Source: an uncultured Dictyoglomota bacterium
GTDB lineage: Bacteria > Dictyoglomota > Dictyoglomia > Dictyoglomales > Dictyoglomaceae
Length of the DNA: 14,681 bases
Assembly (NCBI GenBank): GCA_964654465.1
Contig: CAZZIO010000055.1
Location: forward strand, 1 to 14,681
Reading direction: 5' to 3'
Both the position numbers and the translations under genes were made by a program. Positions 1 through 8,606 of this stretch are shown piece by piece. Under the pieces are notes generated by a model. The model ran no database searches. It was not told the origin of the DNA and saw only the letters and a list, made by a program, of their open reading frames with translations. Every line of letters starts with the position of its first letter. Position 1 is the stretch's first letter.

Positions 1-231
1 GGAGCAGGAGGTAGTGATGTTTATATTTTAAAAATAGATAAAAATGGAGATAAATTATGGGAAAAATTTTATGGCGGAAGTGGTAATGATATAGCATATT
101 CTATTCAGCAGACAAATGACGGCGGATATATAGTCGCAGGATATACATATTCATTTGGAAAAGGAGGAAAAGATGTATACATCATAAAACTTGATGCAGA
201 AGGAAATACAGGACCATATCCTTCTAAGTAA
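1..231 (+). CDS. 3' end of a beta-propeller-like repeat protein (probably exported), truncated by window start
   Basis: Frame 1 is open from base 1 to TAA 229-231: GAGGSDVYILKIDKNGDKLWEKFYGGSGNDIAYSIQQTNDGGYIVAGYTYSFGKGGKDVYIIKLDAEGNTGPYPSK*. The GxGxxDVYIxKxDxxG motif repeats after 52 codons (bases 1 and 157). Absent from the ORF track because no start codon lies in the window. Confidence 0.85.
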   Translation, partial: GAGGSDVYILKIDKNGDKLWEKFYGGSGNDIAYSIQQTNDGGYIVAGYTYSFGKGGKDVYIIKLDAEGNTGPYPSK

Positions 232-396
232 TGAAAGATTAATAATATCAAGCTAAAAATATGATTATCATGATTCTTAAAAAGATCTATTTAAGAGCCA
301 GAAAGCAAAGGCACATAAACTCCTTTTAAAGGACCTAAATGTGAATTTATGATGTTATATGACGAATTCTTACATTACTGAAGATTTCAGTCAATT

Positions 397-3300
397 TTAA
401 ATCACACCTGATTTTGAAAAAATTTTCTGAATATATGTCTCATCTTCTTGAAAGATTATGTTGTGTTTTTCAAAATCAACCTTTTCATAGTTGCCATCCC
501 CAAATATCATTTTAATATCATCATAGGAAGATATGGATACGATAAAAGCATCAAGTATTAGAGTAATATCTCTCCCTTTTACTTTTTCATTTACCTTCTT
601 TTCTATTTCTTTTATATAAGATGCACATAATTGAATTTTATCATCATTAAAATTTCCTAAATTTCTAATACCTTTTGGATCAACAAAAATCATATTTTGT
701 TTGTTTCCATTTTTAGCCCATATAATGAAATCAGGATAGAAGCCTGAGCTTATAAAAAATCCTATTCCTTTTCTTGATAGGTTTCTAAGTAAAAATATAT
801 CTGTGTTTCCAAGTAAATGTTTGTTTTTATTCAAAAAATTTTTAAAATCTTTAATGAATTTTGTCTCACCCCTATTTAATTTTACAGGAATTGCTTTAAT
901 TTCTTCTTTGTCTTTCTTCCAGATGACCAACGGGGTATATAGATGATTGTCAAGATGAACTAAAAAAGAATTCCAATTTTTCCAATTTTCAGGAAATTTT
1001 CCACTATTAGGATCATATTCACTTAGCTGTTTTATAACTTCCTCTATATCTTCTGTTAATTTCATTGGAATTTTGATGATAACCTTATTATCTTCTGGAA
1101 ACATAGTAGAATGCCATTTAGTTAATGGCTCAACTTCCAAATAATCCATAGTTTTTCTTTTTTCTTCTCTTCTGTAAAACTTCTGAATGTAATCTTTTAA
1201 AATCACCAAAATTAAATCGTGAATTTTTTTTATTCCCTCAAAAGATGTTATTTTTAATTTATGTTTGCTTCCATTGATTTCTATTTCAAATCCAGGAGAT
1301 TCAGAAATAAATATTTTATACTTTTTGGAGCGTACTATTTGTTTAAGAACATATTTATCTATAAATAGATTAAACATTCCTTTAGTTACTTTATAGTTTA
1401 AAATTTCAGAATAAATTAAATCCCAATGAAGTAAGTCAAAATAATTTTCTGGTATGTCTAAGGATTCTTCGTTAGTTGTGACTACATTTTTAACATCAAA
1501 GCCATGGGCAATTGTAATTTTTGGTCTTAAATCAATTTTGATACTTTTTAATATATCTTCATTAACTTCAAGATTAATGGGGTATTTGGTAAAATCAAAA
1601 TCTTCTTTTGTTTGGATAGTATATATTTTTTCTTCCCAGTCTTCCATTTTGTTAAATCTAATAGGGAAAACTACTTCTTTATAATTCACCTCCTCCTTTT
1701 CTATGGTTGTAAGGAATTCATTTATATAATCGGCATTTAATCCGAAGATGAAAAGGGTTTGTAAGGTCCTTAATATATAATCAGGGTTTTCCTCTCTTTT
1801 CAAGGAATAATCTTTTCCTTTTAACCTTACACCTCTTCCAAAAAGCTGAATTATCTGAGGACCTTCTCCTTTTCCCATATTTATTAGTCCCATACTTGAA
1901 ACTCTCCAAGAGTTCCAGCCCTCAATAAACTTTTTTGATCCAATAAGAATATTCACATGAGAATTACCTTCGTTTATTCCATAAAATAATGATTGACTAA
2001 AATGATCCTCCTTAACTTCAATTTCGGATTCTGTAATCAATTTCTTCAAAGTACTCACTTCACCAACATTAACAACACCAAAATATTTTTCTCCCGTAGA
2101 AGATTTAAGTCCTAGTTCTCCATCAGCATTTTTTATATCATAAATTTCTAATCTTCCTTTACCTCCAAAAACTTTTTGATAAATACCTTCAATAATTTCA
2201 TTGATAGAGAGTTGTTTAATAAACTCAAGTTTTGGACTGTTAATTTTAAAAATACTATCTCCTTCACTTAAAATTTTTTCAATATTCTTTTTCAAATAAT
2301 CTTCATTTTCTATTATTCTGTCCAAAAATTGAATCACTTGTACTACATCTGAATTAATACCTTTTCCTTTGACTTTACTTCCAACAAAAATCCATAACGG
2401 TTTTTCTATGTTATATTCTTTTGCTATGTTTTTATTTTCTTCAAAAATAACTAACTGTTCGTAAAAAGATAAAAGTCCTGCAGTAAGTAATAAATCTCTC
2501 TGAATTTCCGTATAAGCATTTTCTTTCATGTTACAAATTATAAAATCTTTACCATACCCATCGGTGTAAAAGTATTTGTAAGAATAATCAAAAATTATTG
2601 CTTTAGCGTATTCTTCAAGTAGATCTTCGTCATTACCTATTACCTGACCAAAAGTAGCAGAATATTCAAATATAAAACCATTTTTAGCAATTTCTTCTCT
2701 TAGCTTTTTCCATTTCTGCTCCTCTGATTTTTGTCCTTTGTGTCCTTCATCAATAAAAACTAAATTTTTCCCATCAAAAAAGGAAACATCAATGCTAACA
2801 CCTTCTCCTTTCTTTTCTTCTGTTAACTTATAAATATCTATGATCAAAACCTCTCCATTTTTTGTTTTTAGGTTATCAATATTTCCATCGTAAAGCTTGC
2901 ATGGTATTCCACTTAATTTTAATTCCTCATAATGTTGTTTTGATAATCCTTCGTTTGGAGTTATCAGAATGATATTGTCCCAATTGTTTTTGGAATACTT
3001 TAGAATTTGCCAGTAGTTTATGTGCATGATTAAGGTTTTTCCGCTTCCAGTAGCCATCCAGAAAGCAAGCTTTCTCAAATCATCTTCTGTAAATGGAGAA
3101 ATTTCTATTTTATTCTCTGTGTTAAATTTCCTAAAGAATTCGTTTAACTCATCTATGAATCTACTTCTACCGTTGTAGTATCTGTCCAAGAATATTTCTG
3201 TAAATAAGACTGCCAGATACTGAAAGTATTTAAGGTTAAAATTAGGTTCTCCTCTATTTCTTCCTAATTTTTCCACATACTCCCTTATTGCAGAATCATA

Positions 3301-3489
3301 TCTTAAAAGTTCATCCTCCCATTCTGGTTTTAATCCAATTAAAACATCTCCAAAATAACTTCTTCCTGTGGAATCATACCCTTCTTGTGTATCTTTTAAC
3401 TTCTCCCTTAACTCGTCAAATTCACTAAATCCAAAAAGATTAAGAAAGTATTTGTTCAATATTAAATACTTTTCAGGTCTTATCAGCAT
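397..3489 (-). CDS. res: Type III restriction-modification Res subunit (SF2 helicase-like ATPase plus PD-(D/E)XK nuclease), about 1030 aa
   Basis: Walker A MATGSGKT, Walker B FIDEGH, motif III FEYSATF, motif VI QLFGRGVR, C-terminal FYPDF...FVDPKG nuclease motif. Start placed at ATG 3489 (TAA-T-ATG after the mod stop, with AGGTGG upstream) rather than TTG 3507. Confidence 0.92.
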   Translation of the reverse strand: MLIRPEKYLILNKYFLNLFGFSEFDELREKLKDTQEGYDSTGRSYFGDVLIGLKPEWEDELLRYDSAIREYVEKLGRNRGEPNFNLKYFQYLAVLFTEIFLDRYYNGRSRFIDELNEFFRKFNTENKIEISPFTEDDLRKLAFWMATGSGKTLIMHINYWQILKYSKNNWDNIILITPNEGLSKQHYEELKLSGIPCKLYDGNIDNLKTKNGEVLIIDIYKLTEEKKGEGVSIDVSFFDGKNLVFIDEGHKGQKSEEQKWKKLREEIAKNGFIFEYSATFGQVIGNDEDLLEEYAKAIIFDYSYKYFYTDGYGKDFIICNMKENAYTEIQRDLLLTAGLLSFYEQLVIFEENKNIAKEYNIEKPLWIFVGSKVKGKGINSDVVQVIQFLDRIIENEDYLKKNIEKILSEGDSIFKINSPKLEFIKQLSINEIIEGIYQKVFGGKGRLEIYDIKNADGELGLKSSTGEKYFGVVNVGEVSTLKKLITESEIEVKEDHFSQSLFYGINEGNSHVNILIGSKKFIEGWNSWRVSSMGLINMGKGEGPQIIQLFGRGVRLKGKDYSLKREENPDYILRTLQTLFIFGLNADYINEFLTTIEKEEVNYKEVVFPIRFNKMEDWEEKIYTIQTKEDFDFTKYPINLEVNEDILKSIKIDLRPKITIAHGFDVKNVVTTNEESLDIPENYFDLLHWDLIYSEILNYKVTKGMFNLFIDKYVLKQIVRSKKYKIFISESPGFEIEINGSKHKLKITSFEGIKKIHDLILVILKDYIQKFYRREEKRKTMDYLEVEPLTKWHSTMFPEDNKVIIKIPMKLTEDIEEVIKQLSEYDPNSGKFPENWKNWNSFLVHLDNHLYTPLVIWKKDKEEIKAIPVKLNRGETKFIKDFKNFLNKNKHLLGNTDIFLLRNLSRKGIGFFISSGFYPDFIIWAKNGNKQNMIFVDPKGIRNLGNFNDDKIQLCASYIKEIEKKVNEKVKGRDITLILDAFIVSISSYDDIKMIFGDGNYEKVDFEKHNIIFQEDETYIQKIFSKSGVI

Positions 3490-3490
3490 A

Positions 3491-6460
3491 TTATTCCACC
3501 TTTCCAAACATTAGAGACTTAAATAATGGTTCTATGTGTCTAAATACTTTAATCAATGCTTCTCCATTGATATAAATCTCGTCTGGATTAATCTCTTTTA
3601 GTTTATTTTCAATAATTTCTTTGTCTTTTTCAAAGTCAATATTAAGTATACTTCTCCAAACAATAGCAACCCTTTTGCCATCTTTTTCCCCAAAAACAAA
3701 CACATACTTCCTTCCGTTTTCCTGTAAAACTTCATATCTACTTATATTTAATCCAAGTAGATAATTAAATGTTTCAACTAAATCAACATTAACAATTTTT
3801 TGCTGATAATTTTCAATTATTTTCAGTTTGTAGTTAAAAGGATCTTTCATCTCATCAATATTAAGAAATGTCTTGCTATTCTTTGTCTCCCATTCAAGCA
3901 TGTATTTAACAAAGTAATCTGGAAGTTCATTTAGTATATTTTTCTGATTTTCCGTTTGTTCCTCAAACTCAATATTTTCCAATGCATCTTCGTATTGTTC
4001 AAGGATGTAGTATTTGAAGAAGCCACCTGATTGTTTTTCATTATAGATTTCTTTGACATCTTTTTCTTTTGAAATTCCTGATTTATCATAAAATAAAACT
4101 TTTTTCATTCTCGGCAAAACTACTGTCCAGAAATGCTCTCCCATTTCAACACCTATCCATTTTCTTCTTAATTTGTGAGCTACGGCTGTTGTGGTACCTG
4201 AGCCGAGAAAGAAATCCATAACTAAATCACCTTCGTTGGATGTGGATTCTATTACACGCTTTAGGAGGATTTCAGAGTTTTCAGTGGAAAAACCCCATCC
4301 AAATGAATAACTATTTATATCTGTCCAATTTGAGTCAACTGGGGTTTGCTCTGACTCTAAATACTGTGGTAACCCTTTTTGATTTCTTCCTAGCACATCA
4401 ATATATTCATATTCTTCATAAATTCTTATTCTTTTAGCCTTATTAAGTTCATTAAATTTGGCTTGTGAAAATCGCCAATGATGGTTTTTGGGTGCCCAAA
4501 ACTTTCTTCCCTCTATTTCTATCACATTAGCATTCTTGTTTTCCTTTGGTGAAATTGCATTAACCCACTTAGATTCCCTATCTCTTTCCTTAAAAATCAT
4601 GTTGAAAACTACTTTATCACTTTTTCTATAGAAGTAAAGTAAATCATAGGCAGGATTAAAACGCTCTGGAACATTCGTACCTTGATAATTAACCTTTCTC
4701 AAAGAAATCTCATTCCTAAAATTCTCCTTTCCAAAAATCTCATTCATTAAACATCTTACAATCCAATTACCGTTGTAGTCACATCTTACAAAAATGCTTC
4801 CTTTTTCATTTAATAAATCCTTTGCAAGTCTAAGCCTGCTTTCAAGTAATGTTGCCCATGTTGCATCCTTATAACCTACTTTGTAGAGATAATCAGCTTC
4901 CTGCTCTTTGTTAAACGGTGGATCAATGTAAATTGTCTGCACTTTTTCATAATACTTATTCAAAAGCAAATTCAAAGCCTGAAAGTTTTCACTCTTAATC
5001 AAAACTCCGTCTAAAATCTTCTCTAAATCATTATTCTTGCTTAAAGCAACCAATAACCTCCACTTAAATTCTCCATCAAAATACCTTGTATCAATTGGAT
5101 ACTTTTTCCAGTCTTTCCCTATTAAGGTATTATTCTCAAGTAAATCTTCTTTACTTGTAACATCAATTCCAAAAAGTTCTTTCCATTCTACCAACTGTTT
5201 TTCATTCTTCAAAATTTCATCCAGAATACTTTCTAAAAATTCCTCACCAGCATATTCCTTAATCTTGTCTAAAGTAATTACATAATGAGTATCAATGATA
5301 AATTTCTTCTTCTCCCAAATCTTTTTCTGAAAGTTTTCAATTTGGGATAAAAATTCTATTATCTTTAAAGCAATGTTTCTAAATACTCTACCTCCAACTA
5401 AATAAAGCCTTAATTTGTCAAAATATCCACTCTCTTCCAATACCTTTAAATCCTCTAAATCCAAGAATTCATTCTTAATATAAAAGTCAAGTTCTCTCTC
5501 TAAGAAGCTTTTTAAATCCTTATGGATAAAATAATCAGTTGTGTTTCTTCTCGTATATCTGTAAAGATGTTTCTCAATTAGCTTTTTTTCTCCTTCTTTT
5601 TCAAAAATTAATCTTGCCAAGCTATTCTTCGGTATCTTTTCTTCCAAAATCTTTACTATTTCTTCATTTATCTGGTCTTGTGATACTGATTGCTTCTGTT
5701 TATATTTCTCTTCTTCCTCCTCAGTTAATCCCCTATACTCAAAGTAAATATTTAACTCATTGATCTCCTTATTAAAGTCAAAAATATTTTCATCCAAAAC
5801 AAAAAATTTTTTATCAGGTGATTTGATGTTTCCTTTTTCTTCCTCTGCTTCTACAACTTTGAAATTAACAGTGAGCCTTCCTGATAAAGTATCCTTGTAA
5901 AAAGAATATTTTCTAAAGTATTCCGTGGTTTTTATGTAATACTGATCCTTATTTGCCCAATATAGTAATATTTCTTCCCCATTATATGGAACAACATATT
6001 TCTCATTCTTGCCATATCTCCTTTTACTTATAAAGTCTCCTTTATCGTAATATCTTGAAAAGAAATTAATTAAGTGATTATAAATTTCTCTTTCCAAATC
6101 CTCTGAGATTTTTATTTCCTCTAACTGTTTCTTTTTCTCATAATATTCTTTTCCTAAAGGTGTGGTCTTAAATTCTTCTTTTAATTCTCCATTCTCAAAA
6201 GCACTATCTCCAAGATTTTCTTTTATCTTTTGCTTTATTTTTTCAAATTCTCCTTTTATTTTGGTTATTTCTTCTTCCCCAACCAACTCTAATTGTTTTC
6301 TTACCTCTTCTATTAACTCTTGTTCAATAAATTTTTCAATCTCTTTTCGCTTGTAATTCATTATTCTGTAGATACCAAAATCCAAATCTTCATTTTCAAA
6401 TTGAAAGACTTCCCTAAGTTTTGATTTCAATTTTTCTTTCAATTCTCCATTGTTCGCCAT
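3491..6460 (-). CDS. mod: Type III restriction-modification Mod subunit (beta-class amino-DNA methyltransferase), about 989 aa
   Basis: Catalytic IYIDPPF precedes the SAM-binding DFFLGSGTT motif (beta order) with the TRD between them; directly upstream of res. AAGGAG (6475-6470) lies 9 nt before ATG 6460; ATG 6469 is an alternative start. Confidence 0.92.
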   Translation of the reverse strand: MANNGELKEKLKSKLREVFQFENEDLDFGIYRIMNYKRKEIEKFIEQELIEEVRKQLELVGEEEITKIKGEFEKIKQKIKENLGDSAFENGELKEEFKTTPLGKEYYEKKKQLEEIKISEDLEREIYNHLINFFSRYYDKGDFISKRRYGKNEKYVVPYNGEEILLYWANKDQYYIKTTEYFRKYSFYKDTLSGRLTVNFKVVEAEEEKGNIKSPDKKFFVLDENIFDFNKEINELNIYFEYRGLTEEEEEKYKQKQSVSQDQINEEIVKILEEKIPKNSLARLIFEKEGEKKLIEKHLYRYTRRNTTDYFIHKDLKSFLERELDFYIKNEFLDLEDLKVLEESGYFDKLRLYLVGGRVFRNIALKIIEFLSQIENFQKKIWEKKKFIIDTHYVITLDKIKEYAGEEFLESILDEILKNEKQLVEWKELFGIDVTSKEDLLENNTLIGKDWKKYPIDTRYFDGEFKWRLLVALSKNNDLEKILDGVLIKSENFQALNLLLNKYYEKVQTIYIDPPFNKEQEADYLYKVGYKDATWATLLESRLRLAKDLLNEKGSIFVRCDYNGNWIVRCLMNEIFGKENFRNEISLRKVNYQGTNVPERFNPAYDLLYFYRKSDKVVFNMIFKERDRESKWVNAISPKENKNANVIEIEGRKFWAPKNHHWRFSQAKFNELNKAKRIRIYEEYEYIDVLGRNQKGLPQYLESEQTPVDSNWTDINSYSFGWGFSTENSEILLKRVIESTSNEGDLVMDFFLGSGTTTAVAHKLRRKWIGVEMGEHFWTVVLPRMKKVLFYDKSGISKEKDVKEIYNEKQSGGFFKYYILEQYEDALENIEFEEQTENQKNILNELPDYFVKYMLEWETKNSKTFLNIDEMKDPFNYKLKIIENYQQKIVNVDLVETFNYLLGLNISRYEVLQENGRKYVFVFGEKDGKRVAIVWRSILNIDFEKDKEIIENKLKEINPDEIYINGEALIKVFRHIEPLFKSLMFGKVE

Positions 6461-6465
6461 TTTCC

Positions 6466-6714
6466 TCATCTCCTTAATATGATTTCTTTCATTTTAAATT
6501 TTCTTAAGGTAGTGTGTGAGCTTTCTAATAAGTTGATCATGTCTGTAATTTGGGATCTAATATTATGCTGATTTTTAGGAATATACACGCCAAGTTCCTA
6601 TATATTATCTTTCTGAATGTTATAATTTAGACTTACAAAAAGAGCAGTTTTTTCTATTTTTATATATTTTGCGATTAGTCCAAGGGGCATTATTTTAAAA
6701 AAATCTTCCATCAT
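6466..6714 (-). pseudogene. Broken small ORF leading the mod-res operon (83 codons including stop, one internal TAG)
   Basis: AAGGAG precedes ATG 6714; the frame reads MMEDFFKIMPLGLIAKYIKIEKTALFVSLNYNIQKDNI*ELGVYIPKNQHNIRSQITDMINLLESSHTTLRKFKMKEIILRR*, with TAG at 6600-6598 and a final TGA (6468-6466) overlapping the mod start region. Confidence 0.45.
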
Positions 6715-6769
6715 ATTTTTAACTCCTTTTGTATTTACTAGAGTCTATTATCTTTTATTATTTTATAAA

Positions 6770-6799
6770 AACATATACTAAAAGAAAATAGTAAGTCAA
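6770..6799 (-). promoter_or_regulatory. Candidate sigma70-type promoter of the R-M operon
   Basis: Minus strand TTGACT (6799-6794), 18-nt spacer, TATGTT (6775-6770), upstream of the SD and ATG at 6714. Confidence 0.35.
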
Positions 6800-6908
6800 T
6801 CCAATCATCAAAAATTATTCTTTTTTATTCAAGTAGAAATATTGACTTAATTAACATCCATCCAGCTATCTTATCTGTATAATGGAGAAAGTATTAAAAT
6901 TTAATTAA

Positions 6909-7287
6909 TTAGTTTTGGCACTTGGTAGGGACATAGGTACCACTTTTAAGGAAGTAAGATAACATCTTAGTAAAAAGCCCTACAGCTTTTAATAAGTCTT
7001 TTAAAAGTATAACAGGAGTCTTTCCATTCATACCTATACCAAAACTTGATCTAAAGAAGTTTCAAGTATCTTGGCATCTCTCTGCCTTTCCTAATAATTC
7101 TTTTCTGTTTTAACATTCCTCTGTATGAATATCCATAAAACACTCATTGTTTTTACCTATGTAAATTCTCAACAAATCCAATAAGATGTTTTGTTCCCTT
7201 TGGTAAAAGCTTTCCTTAATACGTCTGTATCACAAGCTCTCTTTCTTTTTCAGGTGACAATTTTCTCATTTCATGATATCTTATCAT
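6909..7287 (-). pseudogene. Transposase pseudogene fragments
   Basis: GGAGGT precedes ATG 7287: MIRYHEMRKLSPEKERELVIQTY*; then KLLPKGTKHLIGFVENLHR, a 1-nt shift, and KNNECFMDIHTEEC*NRKELLGKAERCQDT*NFFRSSFGIGMNGKTPVILLKDLLKAVGLFTKMLSYFLKSGTYVPTKCQN*. VExxHR and N..R....gmnGKTP resemble the C-terminal half of rve-type transposases, and the reading frame runs into the terminal repeat. Confidence 0.7.
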
Positions 7288-7430
7288 AGGCTTTACCTCC
7301 ATCCTTGGATACGGTTGGGAGATCTGAAAAAGGGAACATTGAGTTTCTTAATTATACCTAGGAGATTTAGGACAAGTATTTATCTTTACTTACTTCTTTA
7401 TACTGATATCTATGTTCATACCTATTGGGA
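6916..7430 (-). mobile_element. Decayed, internally deleted insertion-sequence remnant (DDE/integrase-core transposase, IS481-like; family uncertain)
   Basis: Imperfect terminal inverted repeats 6916-6942 (TGGCACTTGGTAGGGACATAGGTACCA) and 7404-7430 (TGATATCTATGTTCATACCTATTGGGA), 19/27 matches by eye, enclosing transposase-like fragments. No target-site duplication is visible. Confidence 0.65.
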
Positions 7431-7549
7431 ATCCTCCTAAATTCTTGACTTTACATAAAAAAATTATATTAGTATTCTTACATAAAATTGAAATATTTTC
7501 AGAGGGATAAAATGAAAATATTAATGAAAATTATGATTATATTGTTTTT

Positions 7550-8569
7550 ATGCTACTTTTTCTCTTCTTTCGAATAGGAACAATAATTTTAATAGCTAAT
7601 TTCTTTAAGAGAGGCACACCAAAGGATGATAGAGTTTATTCTATTATAAAAAATTACCCTCATTTAACTTATAAAAGTGTGCAATTTAAGTCAAACAAAA
7701 GTCAAATTTTAAAGGGATATATCTACTGGAAGAAAGCTGATAAGGCAAGGAAAGGAATAATAGTAATTTCTCATGGATTTGATCAGTCTCATATTGATTA
7801 TATAAACGAAATAAATTATTTTACAAATAGAGGATTTTATGTTATGGGATTTGATAATACTGGCTGTGGTGAAAGCGAAGGAGAATCTAAAATTGGCATT
7901 CCCCAAGCAGTTATTGATCTTGATTATGCATTAAAATTTATTGAAGAGAAAGATGATTTTAAAAATACTCCTATATTGCTTTTTGGGGTTAGCTGGGGTG
8001 GTTATGCTGTCTGCTCATTACTATCAAATCCACATAGGATCGCAGGTGTAGTTTCATGTGCTGGGTTCAATTCTCCGCATGAAATGATAAAAAGTTTTTT
8101 AATAGATTCTTATGGATTAGGAGGAAGAGTCATTTCCTTCTATACAAATTTATTTGACAGAATAAGATTTGGGAAACTTGCAAGCATAACCGCAATTGAT
8201 GGAATAAAGAAAAGTACAATACCTATTTTGATTATGCATAGTAAAGATGATGACACTGCGAAATTAAAGGTTAGTATATACGAAGCATGCAAAATATTAA
8301 ATAAACCAAATGTTACCTTAAAAATATATGATAATAAAGGACATATTGTCTATTTGTCAGACAATGCTATAAGATACTATAAACAAAAAAATAAAGAATT
8401 TGAGGAATTAGCAAGAAAATATGGTGGCTATAAGAGAATACCTAAGGATGTGTTAGATAAATTTAAAAAAAGTATTGACCGCAAATTGCTAAATGAGATT
8501 GATCAAGATATAATGGACTATATAGTCAAATTTTTTGATAAAGCAATAGAATTAGCAAAAGCTATCTAA
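7550..8569 (+). CDS. Alpha/beta hydrolase (esterase/peptidase-like) with hydrophobic N-terminus; native start probably ATG 7512 in another frame
   Basis: SHGF oxyanion region, GVSWG nucleophile elbow, HSKDDD acid, KGH catalytic His. Confidence 0.88.
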   Translation: MLLFLFFRIGTIILIANFFKRGTPKDDRVYSIIKNYPHLTYKSVQFKSNKSQILKGYIYWKKADKARKGIIVISHGFDQSHIDYINEINYFTNRGFYVMGFDNTGCGESEGESKIGIPQAVIDLDYALKFIEEKDDFKNTPILLFGVSWGGYAVCSLLSNPHRIAGVVSCAGFNSPHEMIKSFLIDSYGLGGRVISFYTNLFDRIRFGKLASITAIDGIKKSTIPILIMHSKDDDTAKLKVSIYEACKILNKPNVTLKIYDNKGHIVYLSDNAIRYYKQKNKEFEELARKYGGYKRIPKDVLDKFKKSIDRKLLNEIDQDIMDYIVKFFDKAIELAKAI

Positions 8570-8591
8570 TTTTTATTTCATTTTTAAATCA

Positions 8592-8600
8592 TGTTAAACT
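8592..8600 (+). promoter_or_regulatory. Extended -10 promoter (TGtTAAACT) for the toxin-antitoxin operon, probably giving a leaderless mRNA
   Basis: TG 8592-8593, TAAACT 8595-8600, 6 nt, then ATG 8607; no SD-like purine run upstream. Confidence 0.5.
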
Positions 8601-8606
8601 AAAAAT

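Noticed and set aside
312..391. Possible bidirectional terminator (CACAT/TCCTT...AAGGA/ATGTG at 312-343; ACTGAA-GAT-TTCAGT at 377-391)
   Set aside because: Stems are short and AT-rich with no convincing U-tract.
1454..6356. Short plus-strand ORFs at 1454, 4240, 5037, 5539 and 6162
   Set aside because: Antisense shadows inside res/mod, rich in F/S/L/I with no motifs.
3491..6469. Phase-variable simple sequence repeat in mod
   Set aside because: Only short A/T runs expected for this composition; no tandem repeat tract seen and the frame is intact.
6598..6600. In-frame TAG as pyrrolysine or programmed read-through
   Set aside because: No supporting genes or structure; TAG is a normal stop for neighbouring genes, so decay is the simpler explanation.
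7390..7438. AGGAGG followed by a 9-codon minus-strand ORF (MNIDISIKK)
   Set aside because: 13-nt SD spacing, tiny ORF, and it straddles the IS terminal repeat.
6720..7510. CRISPR array, tRNA or riboswitch in the long intergenic region
   Set aside because: No regularly spaced repeats, cloverleaf or recognisable aptamer; most of it is explained by the IS remnant.
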